From positions 231,570,001 to 231,634,000 of the forward strand of contig OZ024742.1 of the NCBI GenBank assembly GCA_964016885.1: 64,000 bases of DNA. Reading direction: 5' to 3'. Position numbers and translations under genes: made by a program. A model generated the notes under the pieces. The model ran no database searches and was not told where the DNA came from. It saw only the letters and a list, made by a program, of their open reading frames with translations. This stretch comes from Eledone cirrhosa (lineage: Eukaryota). This document shows positions 53,092 through 64,000 of this stretch, piece after piece (positions within the stretch are counted from its first letter, which is position 1; the number at the start of each line of letters is the position of its first letter).

Positions 53092-54267
53092 TTGTAAAGA
53101 ATTCAAGGCAGTACCTCAGCATGGCCATAGTCTAAATAGTAAAAGAGAAAAGAGAAATAATTGTCATTGTCTGTATATTTAGTTTTTTCGGGGACATGAT
53201 AACTGCTTTAGTACTGATACTATGATAAAAGACTCCCAGTACATCCTGTGAAGCAGCATTTGTTGTTAGGAAGGGCTGTAGAAACCATGTCAAAAATGGA
53301 ACGTATGAAAGATATGATCCTCTGATCTGTCTAAATAAGAACTTATATATGTTGTCACAACTGACCAACCCATGCTAAAGTGGACATATAATGACGATGT
53401 TGATTATTATTATGATGTAAATCAGCCTGTAGTTTTGCTCTTTATTTTTTATAATTAAATAACAATGAGCTGTGGTATAACTAAAATGATATTTGTCATA
53501 GAACTTAATGACTCTGTCCTTTGTAGAAACATTATGATTGCATGACCAGAACACCCAATATTGTAGCAGTCAGATTTATATTATACTCTCAGGAATTGAA
53601 TATATATAGATACAGCTATTCCAAAATTTATTAGAGCTAACTATAGCTTGTCAAAATTCCATTATATTTTTATTTAAAAATAACCCCCCAAACTTATCCA
53701 TTTACCATTCCTGTATAATAGATAGCATATCTGAAACATGAAATAAGAATTAGCCTGACTATGTGCCTACTTATTTCTGATTATCTTTTCAGTTCACATC
53801 CTATCCCCAGATAGTAATACTTGGTGAGATATGAACAAGAGATTTCTTTAAAATTTGTTTATATATATATATAAATATATATATATTGGATATAAGTGTA
53901 TATGAACTGTATATACACACATATATATATATATATATACACATATAAGAAAACTCATCACTAGAACAGCCATTAAAACAGCTAAATGCTGTCAAAGACA
54001 GTGATGGGCAAAAATGCCAACAGAAAAATAAATCTTTCTGCTGGTATGATGTGTGTGTGATAAAAAAAAACCAGAACAGAGAGAAGGACAGAAGAAAACA
54101 ACGAAAAGAAACTAATAGGATAGTGACCTCAAGCTGTGGTGTCTGTCCTAAATAGAAAGCTAATCATAGCTATGTTAAAGTTAAATGAAAAATCAATGTT
54201 GTTTCCAATTGAGACAAAGTGCGAGTGTATTTGAATACCTATAAAAATGAGAACACTCACCACAAGA

Positions 54268-54712
54268 ACAGCCGTTAAAACAGCTAAATGCCGTCAAAGA
54301 CAGTAATGGGCAAGAATGACTCAGCGGCCGGTGGTCAACAAAGAGACTTCTTTCCTCCTTTTATCTGTGCTATTTCTTTTATCACATACATCATACCAGT
54401 AGAAAGATTCATTTTTCTGTTGCACTCTCAATTAAATCGTGCAAAACCATTTGCTGGTTTGAGAGCTGATGAGGGTGAAGATGCGTGTGTGTGTAAACCT
54501 GTACATTGTCTTTCTTTATTTCTTCCAGTTGCTTCTGTGCACCAGTGCACTTCTCCTTGTCTTCCTCCACTTTGGGTCTTTTCTGTATTTCATCTGCCTG
54601 TCATCCACTTTGTGGATTGTCACTCAGTTGACCACTGACCCCTGGTCTATGTCCTCTGAGGCGTTTTTGCCCATCGCCGTCTTTGTTAGTATTTAGCTGT
54701 TTTAACGGCTGT
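54268..54712. mobile_element. MITE-like element with ~57-bp terminal inverted repeats; an extra direct copy of the left end lies at about 53945-54018
   Basis: Left acagccgttaaaacagctaaatgccgtcaaagacagtaatgggcaagaatgactcag; reverse complement of right acagccgttaaaacagctaaatactaacaaagacggcgatgggcaaaaacgcctcag. Confidence 0.75.
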
Positions 54713-54994
54713 AAAAATAGTTGGAAACTATTGGTGATTTCAGTTTGAAACCATTTATGTTTTTAATAAATTGTTATAGTCATTAGGCTACAACCATTCT
54801 GGAGCATTGCTTTGAAGAGATTTAGTTGACCATATCAACCTACATTACTTATTTTTAAAGTCTTGTATTTATTTTATTGATCTCTTTCTGTTGAATCAAT
54901 AAGTTATGAGAGATATTACAGAACATAAACAAACAATAAACAAAAACACAAACATGGATGGACTCACACACACACACACGTGACAGTCTTCCCT

Positions 54995-55225
54995 ACATAC
55001 ACACAATGGGCTTCCATATATACACACAATAGGTTTCCATAAATACAACACAATGGGCTTCCATATATACACACAATGGGCTTCCACAGAGCTTCCATCT
55101 ACCAAAATTTCCCTTACACAGTATTGGTCAACTTGAGGCTATAATAAAGAAACACTTGTCCAAGGTGCCACATAGTGGGAGCGAACCCCAAATCATGTGG
55201 TTACAAAGCGAACTCCTTAACCACA
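54995..55225 (-). mobile_element. SINE with a 4x ~23-bp tandem duplication (tacacacaatgggcttccata) near its 3' end
   Basis: Reverse tRNA-like head cgaacccc..ccttaaccacacag. Similar copies at 30720-30875 (-), 22225 (+) and 9475 (+). Confidence 0.65.
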
Positions 55226-55313
55226 CAGTCATTTTTCCACCTATAAATTATTTTATTTCTTGTGTATAAAATTTCTACTTTTTTTAATAACAAAATCTCA
55301 TTGCATATTTTAG

Positions 55314-55437
55314 AGAGCAGTTGAACCACCAGAAGTGAAGCATGAGAGATTATTTGTCGTGTCTGTATTAGGATTTCTTGTCAACTTGATTGGTATATTT
55401 GCTTTCCAACATGGTCATGGACATGCTCATGGAGGAG
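55314..55437 (+). CDS. SLC30A7: ZnT7 exon 5: RAVEPPEVKHERLFVVSVLGFLVNLIGIFAFQHGHGHAHGG, TM4 and start of the His-rich loop
   Basis: Acceptor tattttag|AGA and donor G|GTGAGT, 124 nt. Overlaps ORF 55335..55547. Confidence 0.95.
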
Positions 55438-56117
55438 GTGAGTTATATTTTTATTTTCATCTTTCAGGCTATAAATTTTTAAATCTTGTTACTATTACAA
55501 AATGTCAATGTATAAGAAGTACACTTGGTTTTTCATTTATCATGTAATTATTTGAAGGATGGAGAATAAAAGACAAGAAATAAATAGAGATAATATTGAC
55601 TTTATTTTTTTAAAATTTAAATTTTTTATTTATAGTAAATCAACTTTGGGTCCACTGTGCATGTTTTTGAATCAACACTATCCATACATTTTTCCTCTTT
55701 ATTTGTGAGAAGGCACTAATAGCTATTAGCAATGAATATATGAGGCACAATGATTGAGGGAAAGGTGCTACACCACTGTTCAAGTTTTACCAAAAAAAAC
55801 CCCCAAAAACCCCAATAAAATACAACCATCACTCACAATCGAGTAGGACTTGGTTAAATGTACCATACTTTCACTAAGGTGCCCATGCAATCACGGGCAG
55901 ACACCAACTTTCCCTCCATTGATCCAGCAGAACATTTGGAAGAAGAGAGGCCTGAACAAGCACTGGGCTGTACTTTCTTTATCACCCTGAAAGAATGAAA
56001 GGCAAAGTAGACCATAGCAGGATTTGAACTCAGAATGCAGAGAGCTGAAGCAAATATCCAGTGCTAGAACGACTCAGACAAATCAACTGCCTTTCAAGTT
56101 TTTCTTCAGACATTATA

Positions 56118-56295
56118 TAATGGTTTCTGATTTAGGCACAAGGCCAACAAGGGGAAGGGAAAGTCGATTAGATCGACCCCAGTGTATTACTGTTACTTTA
56201 TTTTATCAACCCCGTAAGGATGAAAGGCAAAGCTAACCTCAGCGGGATTTGAACTCAGAACGTAAAAGGCCATAACTCTATGCTGCTGAACATGT
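56118..56295 (-). mobile_element. tRNA-derived SINE, same family as 11819 and 52193
   Basis: ttttatcaaccccgtaaggatgaaaggcaaagctaacctcagcgggatttgaactcagaac. Confidence 0.75.
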
Positions 56296-57255
56296 TGTTC
56301 TTGAGAAAGGAGCCTTACCCTGATTGCTTCAGTTTGCCAGACTGACAAAAAACTAAGTTCCACTTTTAATTCATGACTTAATGGTTTATAGTAGAAGTTA
56401 TCCAGTTTTAAGACTTTTTCTCTATAAAAAACACAACCACAAAAAAACATTCATGTAGATTGAATGTTGTCATACAGATTGAAGTAGGTTGTTTTTTTGT
56501 TTTTTTTAGAAATGCCTGACTAATCTTCATACTCTAGTTTTCTAACTCTAAATAAACATCTAGTTTCATTTTGGAAGGTGATTCTTACAAAGTTATATTT
56601 CAACTTGTAGGACTTTTCTCTCTAGATTAGCCATTAAGCAAAATAAGTACATGTTTAGAGCATCAAGAGAAGAGGGACACTATTCTATTTAAATTAAATG
56701 TATTTCTCATCCCTCCTCCCTCAATATTTTTTGCTTATATATTGGTGGGTACTTTAATCTTTTTAAGGGTTAGGGCCTCAAAGGGACTTAATCTGGCCCT
56801 GCCAGCATTCATGATCTAACTGTTGGCACCTTCATTCTTGATGGGGAAGAAACAACTTATTCATGTTTTTTTTTTCTAATCAAGACAAAGTCAACTTGTT
56901 TTTTTATATCCTTCTCAATGGTTAACTACTTTTCTATAGCTTGTATTGTAGATGGTAATTCATTTGTGTCAAAGAATTTGAGAAACCTTGTTTTATTTTT
57001 TGTTGCCATGGCAACTCTCATGAATATTAGTATAGCTATCCCAAGTTTTCCTGGTAAGAGCATCACAAATCTAAGTTTTGATGATAATACCAGAAACAGT
57101 CTCATTTATTATGTTATTTTTAATTGTCAGGCACAAGTAAAGAATTAAATCACTTAAAATGCTGTCACAATATTCATATATACTCATTGGCCTGAATATT
57201 AACTGTTGGTTAAAATATATTTTAATAGTGTAAAATTTTCAGTGTTATTTTTCAA

Positions 57256-57290
<35 letters not shown>

Positions 57291-57779
57291 CAAGAGATAT
57301 TGTAGATACCAGCAATCTATACCATTGCCAAATAAATGATATAAGCCAGGACAATGTGGGAGAATGTTTTCTGGCATACAGAACCTCAGGCTTAGTCTTG
57401 TATACAATTTTAGATAAAATATATTTATTAGATGTTCTAATTTCAAGCCTATGTTGTTTTAATTACAAAACACACAACAGTTGTGTACAATGCACAGTAT
57501 GGGTATTTATAACATGAATATCAATGTTTATCAAAATACATTTGAAAGAAAAAAGAATACTTGTTACAAATTTTTAATAAACAATTTCCAAGGATTGGAG
57601 AAAAATGACCAAAATTATTTGTACAAGTCATTGGCTGATAAAAAAGTTTGGAAGATAACAATCAACAAAGTAGCACATTAGTCAATAAGATTGAGGAATT
57701 GGTGATTAAGATTACACACAATGAATAACTTGACAGAAAACATGACTTACTGAACCGTTTGAACTGCCCATTATAAGGA

Positions 57780-58145
57780 TTGACCAGCCACATATAAAAC
57801 TTACGTTCTTTGTTAGCCTGCCTGAGATCCCACTACATTTTTTGTGTACCCATAGTTTGCATTTGGAATATAGGATGGAATTTCTACCTATTCCTTTTCT
57901 GTACACTGAGTAGGGCCCTTTCCCTGAGGAGATCTGGACCCTGTTTTCCTTTCTACTTACAAGAACTTTAGTCTTTACCAAGTTGACTTTAAGACTTTTT
58001 GATTCTAGGCCATGATTCCAGGTTTGGAGGTTCTCTAATTTTTCCTCAAATTCAGCTATAATTATTTGAGTATTAATCCTAATGTTCCTGTTACCACAGG
58101 GATAGTGTTTGTAGTCATTCTCAATGGATTCATTGTTTACATATG
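57780..58145 (-). mobile_element. RTE RT/PHD fragment
   Basis: ORF 57712..58224(-): LQTWNHGLESKSLKVNLVKTKVLVSRKE..GIGRNSILYSKCKLWVHKKCSGISGRLTKN. Confidence 0.85.
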
Positions 58146-58310
58146 CATGTAAGCTTATCACCTGTATAGAAACAATTGTAGACATTAAAAGTGGATTTAA
58201 TTTGAAAACCTTGGTCCTTTTCATTTTAAATATTTATGCTCTGCTACCCTCACTGTCCTGAACAGGAAGAACTGTTGATCATTCCAGTATAATAATTACT
58301 TACATATATA

Positions 58311-58357
58311 CTAGCATGGACGATAGACGTTAAATGATGATGATGATGATGATGATG

Positions 58358-58410
<53 letters not shown>

Positions 58411-58414
58411 CACA

Positions 58415-58508
<94 letters not shown>

Positions 58509-58511
58509 CAC

Positions 58512-58541
<30 letters not shown>
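58311..58541. repeat. RTE-type tail remnant (GAT)n followed by a (CA)n/(TA,CATA)n compound microsatellite
   Basis: ctagcatggacgatagacgttaaatgatgat... then a microsatellite. Confidence 0.9.
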
Positions 58542-58542
<1 letters not shown>

Positions 58543-60658
58543 AGTGTCACTATGAAAGGCTACTAAATGAGGAGAATAAATGGGAGAAAGACAGTCTCCC
58601 CCATATCGACCCGATAGAGGGACCAGCAGTGTTAGTCGAGGGGAGTATAATAAGTAAGGCAATCAAGGATATGAAGACGGGTAAGGCGGCTGGGCCTTCG
58701 GAAATAGTTGCTGAGATGCTGAAGGCATCTGGCACGGTGGGACACACCATGGTCACCCGCATAGTTAACCAAGTCGTACAGAATGGGGTTGTTCCGAAGG
58801 ACTGGCATAGCAGCATCATCGTTAACTGTTATAAGGGTAAAGGAGACGCCCTAGATAGGAGTAACTATAGAGGCATTAAATTAATCGACCAGGTCATGAA
58901 GGTCACGGAAAAAGTAATAGCGCAACTAATCAGAGAGAGAATTGACCTAGATGAAATGCAGTTCGGGTTTGTGTCAGGCAAAAGCACCACAGACGCCCTT
59001 TTCATAGTACGACAACTACAGGAGAAGTACCTAGCTAAAGGTAGACCCCTCTACTTAGCTTTTGTCGACCTGGAGAAAGCCTTCGACAGAGTCCCCCGCT
59101 CCATTATCTGGTGGGCTCTTAGAAAACTAGGCGTTGACGAATGGCTTGTGAGGGCTATACAAGCCATGTATAAAGAAACAGTCAGCAAGGTTAGAATTAA
59201 CAACGAATATAGTGAAGAGTTTAGCGTAAAAGTTGGCGTCCATCAGGGCTCTGTTCTCAGCCCCCTACTATTTATTATTGCCCTTCAGGCTATAACAGAG
59301 GAGTTCAAGACAGGCTGCCCATGGGAACTCCTATACGCAGACGACCTGACACTCATAGCGGAATCAATGACCGAGCTAGAGAAGAAATTCCAAACATGGA
59401 AGCATGGCCTAGAGTCAAAAGGACTTAAAATTAACCTGGCTAAGACCAAAGTTCTAGTTTGTAGGAAAGAAAACAAGGCGGCGGTCCCTTCTGGGAAATG
59501 GTCGTGCTCGGTGTGTAGGAAAGGCGTAGGTAGAAACTCCATTTTATGTCCTAAATGCAAAGTATGGGTGCATAAAAGATGTAGTGGGATCACAGGTAAG
59601 CTAACTAAGAACATAGACTTTACATGTGGCCGGTGTTCTGGTGCAATAAGTAGCAGCAAGTGCCCACAAAATACTAGCTCTTTCAATTGCGCAGAGGGTT
59701 CTATAGAAATAGTGGACAGCTTCCGTTACCTGGGCGATAAAATCAGCAGTGGGGGAGGGTGCTCTGAAAGTACTGTAGCTAGAGTCAGAACTGGTTGGAA
59801 AAAGTTCAGAGAGCTTATACCACTATTAGCTGCTAAAGGGTTCTCCCTAAAAATGAAAGGCAGGTTGTACGATGCCTGCATACGAACAGCAATGCTGCAT
59901 GGCAGTGAGACCTGGGCATTGTGTGCAGAGGATATACGCAGACTAGAGAGGAACGAAGCTTGCATGCTCCGCTGGATGTGCAATAGTAATATACGTGAAC
60001 GGCAAAGCATAAACGAACTAAGGAAAAAATTAGAAATAAGAGGGATCAGATGTTGTTTACTCGAGAGAAGGCTACGTTGCTATGGACACGTGATGCGCAT
60101 GAAAGTCGATAGCTGTATAACAAAGTGCAGGGCAATAAAGATAGACGGTAGCCACGGAATAGGCAGACCTAGAAAAACATGGGATGAGCTGATAAACTCC
60201 GACCTCACACACTTACACCTCTCCAAGACAATGTCACTGGACCGAGACCTTTGGCGGTACTCAGTAACAGAGAAGACCCGCCTTGCCAGTAGGCATCTCT
60301 AACAAAATACACCCCGTCCCGCCACCACCCCCACCCCATCCACACCACCCCGTTCTATGTAAAGTTATGTTGGTGCCGCGCCATCCAGGCCGAAACAAAT
60401 GAGATCGTGTAGGTGTCACGACAAAAAAACACACAGTCCACGCTGTAATGTGGCCGTGTAGGCAACACGGTAAAAACCTCCCAGACCCACACTGTAAATG
60501 TGGTTGGTGTTAGGAAGGGCATCCAACTGTAGAAAATCTGCCAGACAGTCCTATGCGAGCAAGACAATCACTCTTGCCTCAAGTGGGACTACCCCCGTCC
60601 AAACCCATGCAAGCGTGGAACACGGACGTTAAACGTTGATGATGATGATGATGATGAT
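58542..60658 (+). mobile_element. Young 5'-truncated RTE LINE with an uninterrupted RT-PHD-C-terminal reading frame (58542-60302), 3' UTR and (GAT)n tail
   Basis: The 557-aa ORF extends in frame to the truncation point ([16 protein letters not shown]). All RT motifs are intact ([31 protein letters not shown]). No endonuclease domain. Confidence 0.96.
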
Positions 60659-61046
<388 letters not shown>

Positions 61047-61117
61047 ATGGAGGCAGTAAAAACCAGTTAGACCATTACTCACCAGAGTACTCAATACTTG
61101 GGTTAGTAGAGTGGGTA

Positions 61118-61180
61118 ATATGAAAAATTTGGGATCCTGACAGCTGGAGCTCAGCCGTCGGGGTCCCAAATTTTTCATAT
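61118..61180. other. 63-nt hairpin (29-bp stem, 5-nt loop)
   Basis: atatgaaaaatttgggatcctgacagctg-gagct-cagccgtcggggtcccaaatttttcatat. On the + strand RNA it has two G-U pairs and one A-C mismatch. Confidence 0.9.
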
Positions 61181-62000
61181 ATATATATATAACATTGAAA
61201 CTTTTTGAAGTATATTGCTTACCATTCAGTTAAAATATTCAATGTTTCATCTTAGGTACTAAAGTATTACCAAGGAACACAAACTTGTAGTTACTAACTG
61301 TAGAATATTTTCTTTTTTTTTTATATAATTTATTTTTAATAGCAAAAAAATTATCTTCATCTCCTTTATCCTATTGCCTAATGTTTAGATATTTCCTTTA
61401 AGTATTCCAAGAATGTCTGTCTAACCACTAAATCAGGGGTCAGGAACCTGCAGCTCATTATCCTATTTTGATTGGCTCTTAGGCACTGTGAATTAATTTT
61501 TTTTAAAAAATCAAATCTGCAGTTATGTATTGAAATATAGGCTACGTCTTGTGACCTGGATATTGAAGCAATTTCAGATAAGATTCAAAGCCAAAAATCA
61601 CATTGACTAAGAAAAATGTTATGTTTCCTTATATGTATTTTTGTTTATCCGAGTTTTTAGAATAGTTACACCATATCCCTGAATTTCGTATGAGGTGACA
61701 GAAAGGGATGGTATCACGAAGAACATCTGGCTCTAAAACATTGTCTCAGCCTATGCCAGGATGGATAAGTAGACATAAAAATGGTGGTGGTGATAATGAT
61801 GATGATGCAATTTTGATAGTATTAACCTTTTTTTTTTAAATCTTAAAAGTTTTCCCACTCCGCTACCAAGTAAACAAAAGAAATTATTTGAATATTCAAG
61901 GAAAGAAGAAAAAAAAAACGAAACACAAATGTTTACTATTTAGCAAGGATTCAGCACAATTTAGTAAACAGATATGTCATTTTTTTAAAAGATTTTAAAC

Positions 62001-62213
62001 TTAACCTTTTAGCATTTAAACCGGGCATATCTGGCCAGAATTCTCTCACTTCTTTCTGTTCAAACTGGCCGTAACTGGCCACTCATCTTAAGGTATTGTT
62101 CTCAAAATAAATAACAACAAAATCTCATGGATTCGGTATTATGTGAAATAATTATATAAGATAAAGTCTTTACCACAAAAATACAATAGTATATATAGAG
62201 TAATGTAAATGCA
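62001..62213. mobile_element. TTAA MITE lacking the last bases of the right TIR, ending about 50 nt upstream of exon 6
   Basis: TTAAcctttttagcattta...gagtaatgtaaatgc. Confidence 0.8.
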
Positions 62214-62262
62214 TATTTTGTCTTTATTCTAATTTTTAATTCATTTTTGATGCTTTATTTAG

Positions 62263-62304
62263 ATCATGGACACTCTCATGGACATACACATAGCCATGGA
62301 CTTG
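62263..62304 (+). CDS. SLC30A7: ZnT7 exon 6, 42-nt His-rich microexon: (D)HGHSHGHTHSHGL
   Basis: Acceptor ctttatttag|AT and donor G|GTAAAT, phase 1-1, in frame. Continues the HGHxH pattern of exon 5. Confidence 0.85.
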
Positions 62305-63418
62305 GTAAATAATGACTTTTTTTAATTTTATACAATGTCTTCTTAAGTAATTGTTTATTTAAAAGTACAAAGATAATAAAATAAGATAAGAATGAAATTA
62401 CTGTATCACTTTGTAAGGTGGTTAGCATGAGGAATGCTACTACTCAACCATATAAATCTTGTCAAAATCGAACATATCTAATTGAGATGCAATACTCTAA
62501 CATGTCTATGAGGACAGTAGTTGCAATTAAGTAAAACAACCTGTCCAACCCATGTCAGCATGGAAAAAATAGATGTAAAATAATGATATAACATGTTTTG
62601 GCAGAGTTCTTCCTCGGATAAGGATTTGCCAACATGTATCATTACTATTGTATTCTAGTGATTAATCTATTAACCCTTTTGGTACTAACTCACCTAAAAC
62701 TACATCTGGTTCAATAGAACAAAACAATCTATTTAGAAGGTTCCTTTTTAAATTAAAATATTCCAACATCATTTTATATATTTTGTTATAAAATAATGTT
62801 TTATTAGAGTGTTACAATAATGCAAATGGGTTATTGAATGTTAAAAATAATGATAACAAAGATATTGAAATGTTACCTTGGAGTTGTTAAATAGTCCTTA
62901 ATATTTTGGGATAAAATCCTTTCATGAAAAGAAAGTTTAAGGAAACTAATTTGGAGCTGGATATAATGCTACAAGATATCCTTCTTTAACGTTTTTGTTA
63001 TCATTATTTTTAATATTTAATGTCCCATTTGCATTGCTGTAGCCTTCTAATAAAATACACTATTTTTACACTTAATACAATGTTTCAAGCAAACTATAAC
63101 ATCCTTTGTGTTATGTTACAAATACTATCTTTAATATAATAATTTTAATAATTTTAGAAAATTCCTCCAAATTTTTCATTGATTCAAATACAGTTGTAAC
63201 CCTTCCATTATCATATTTCTGTATCAGAAATATGATATTGGAAGGGTTTCAAATTTATTGGAATAATTTTCAGTTTTTGTTGGAACACGGTGAAATGTTA
63301 TGTTTTTTTAATTAATGTTTTTGTTTAATACTTGTTATTACCAATGATATGAGTATATTACTTACTGAATTAGGTATCTAGAATTAAACATTTCCACAAT
63401 CACATTTTGTTTTATTAG

Positions 63419-63598
63419 GTTTAGAAGTAAAGCTTTCCGACCATGATTCTCACCATGACTCTCACCATGATTCTCACCATGACTCTCACCATGAACACAA
63501 CCATAATCATAACCATTGTCACAATCATGGCCATGATAAACCAGTTAATAATACACCAGGAAGATCATCGCAAATTTCTCAAAAACAAATTATGCAAG
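63419..63598 (+). CDS. SLC30A7: ZnT7 exon 7: (G)LEVKLSDHDSHHDSHHDSHHDSHHEHNHNHNHCHNHGHDKPVNNTPGRSSQISQKQIMQ(G); the gene continues beyond the window
   Basis: Acceptor ttttattag|GT and donor AAG|GTTTGT, 180 nt. Ends at QIMQG, which in ZnT7 precedes TM5 (VFLHILAD). Confidence 0.92.
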
Positions 63599-63774
63599 GT
63601 TTGTATTTTTAATTTTCTTTTTTGTCATCTGATATCTGAAATCAGACTAGCTAATAATTTTGTGCATCTTCAAATTCTATAAATATATATATTTTTTATT
63701 TGTTATTGTAATTGTTACAGCTTATATCTATGTAGGTTTAGCTGGCCTCCTATGAGATTGCCTCTCATAGGAGG

Positions 63775-64000
63775 TTTCTTGGGTTTTTTAATGATAGGGG
63801 TCTATCATGAAAAGACTCTGCTCTGAACAAGATGCCAGTCCATTGTAACGGTTAACCCCCAGCTATTGCTGGTACTAATTTTTTTCAGCTGAGTGAACTG
63901 GAGCAACATAAAATAAAGTGACTTGCTCAAGAACAAAATGCACTGCCCGGTCCAAGAATTGAACTGATGACCTTATAATCATGATTCCGACACCTAATCA
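63775..64000 (-). mobile_element. tRNA-derived SINE, cut by the window end
   Basis: cagctgagtgaactggagcaac..aaataaagtgacttgctcaagaac..gaattgaac, as at 12385-12460. Confidence 0.7.

Noticed and set aside
63443-63682. ORF MILTMTLTM...
   Set aside because: Wrong frame of ZnT7 exon 7; the spliced frame gives the His-rich loop.

Overview
AT-rich eukaryotic genomic DNA. The repeat families (RTE LINEs with (GAT)n tails, tRNA-derived SINEs, TTAA MITEs) suggest a coleoid cephalopod, probably Octopus; this is an inference. The window holds the 5' part of one protein-coding gene on the + strand, a ZnT7/SLC30A7-type cation-diffusion-facilitator zinc transporter. Seven coding exons run from ATG 4135 to 63598, and the gene continues past the window end. 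Its introns are filled with RTE-clade LINE copies carrying a PHD-like finger, CR1/L2 remnants, piggyBac-like MITEs, SINEs, a U2 snRNA pseudogene, and two large minisatellites (3.2 kb and 8.6 kb). A GC-rich, decayed CRE-clade non-LTR element lies upstream. Best leads: (1) two near-identical RTE copies in inverted orientation flank the frame-symmetric exon 3, which carries the zinc-site motif (possible dsRNA editing, exon skipping or circRNA); (2) a U2 snRNA copy fused to a SINE 3' tail; (3) a His-rich loop built from a 42-nt symmetric microexon plus a coding (HDSH)4 repeat; (4) a candidate in-frame cryptic exon containing a perfect RFX X-box; (5) an 8.6-kb 25-mer array with no net indel and a binary TGG/TAG code; (6) a pre-miRNA-sized hairpin. 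All calls were made by eye with no database search, and repeat boundaries are approximate.
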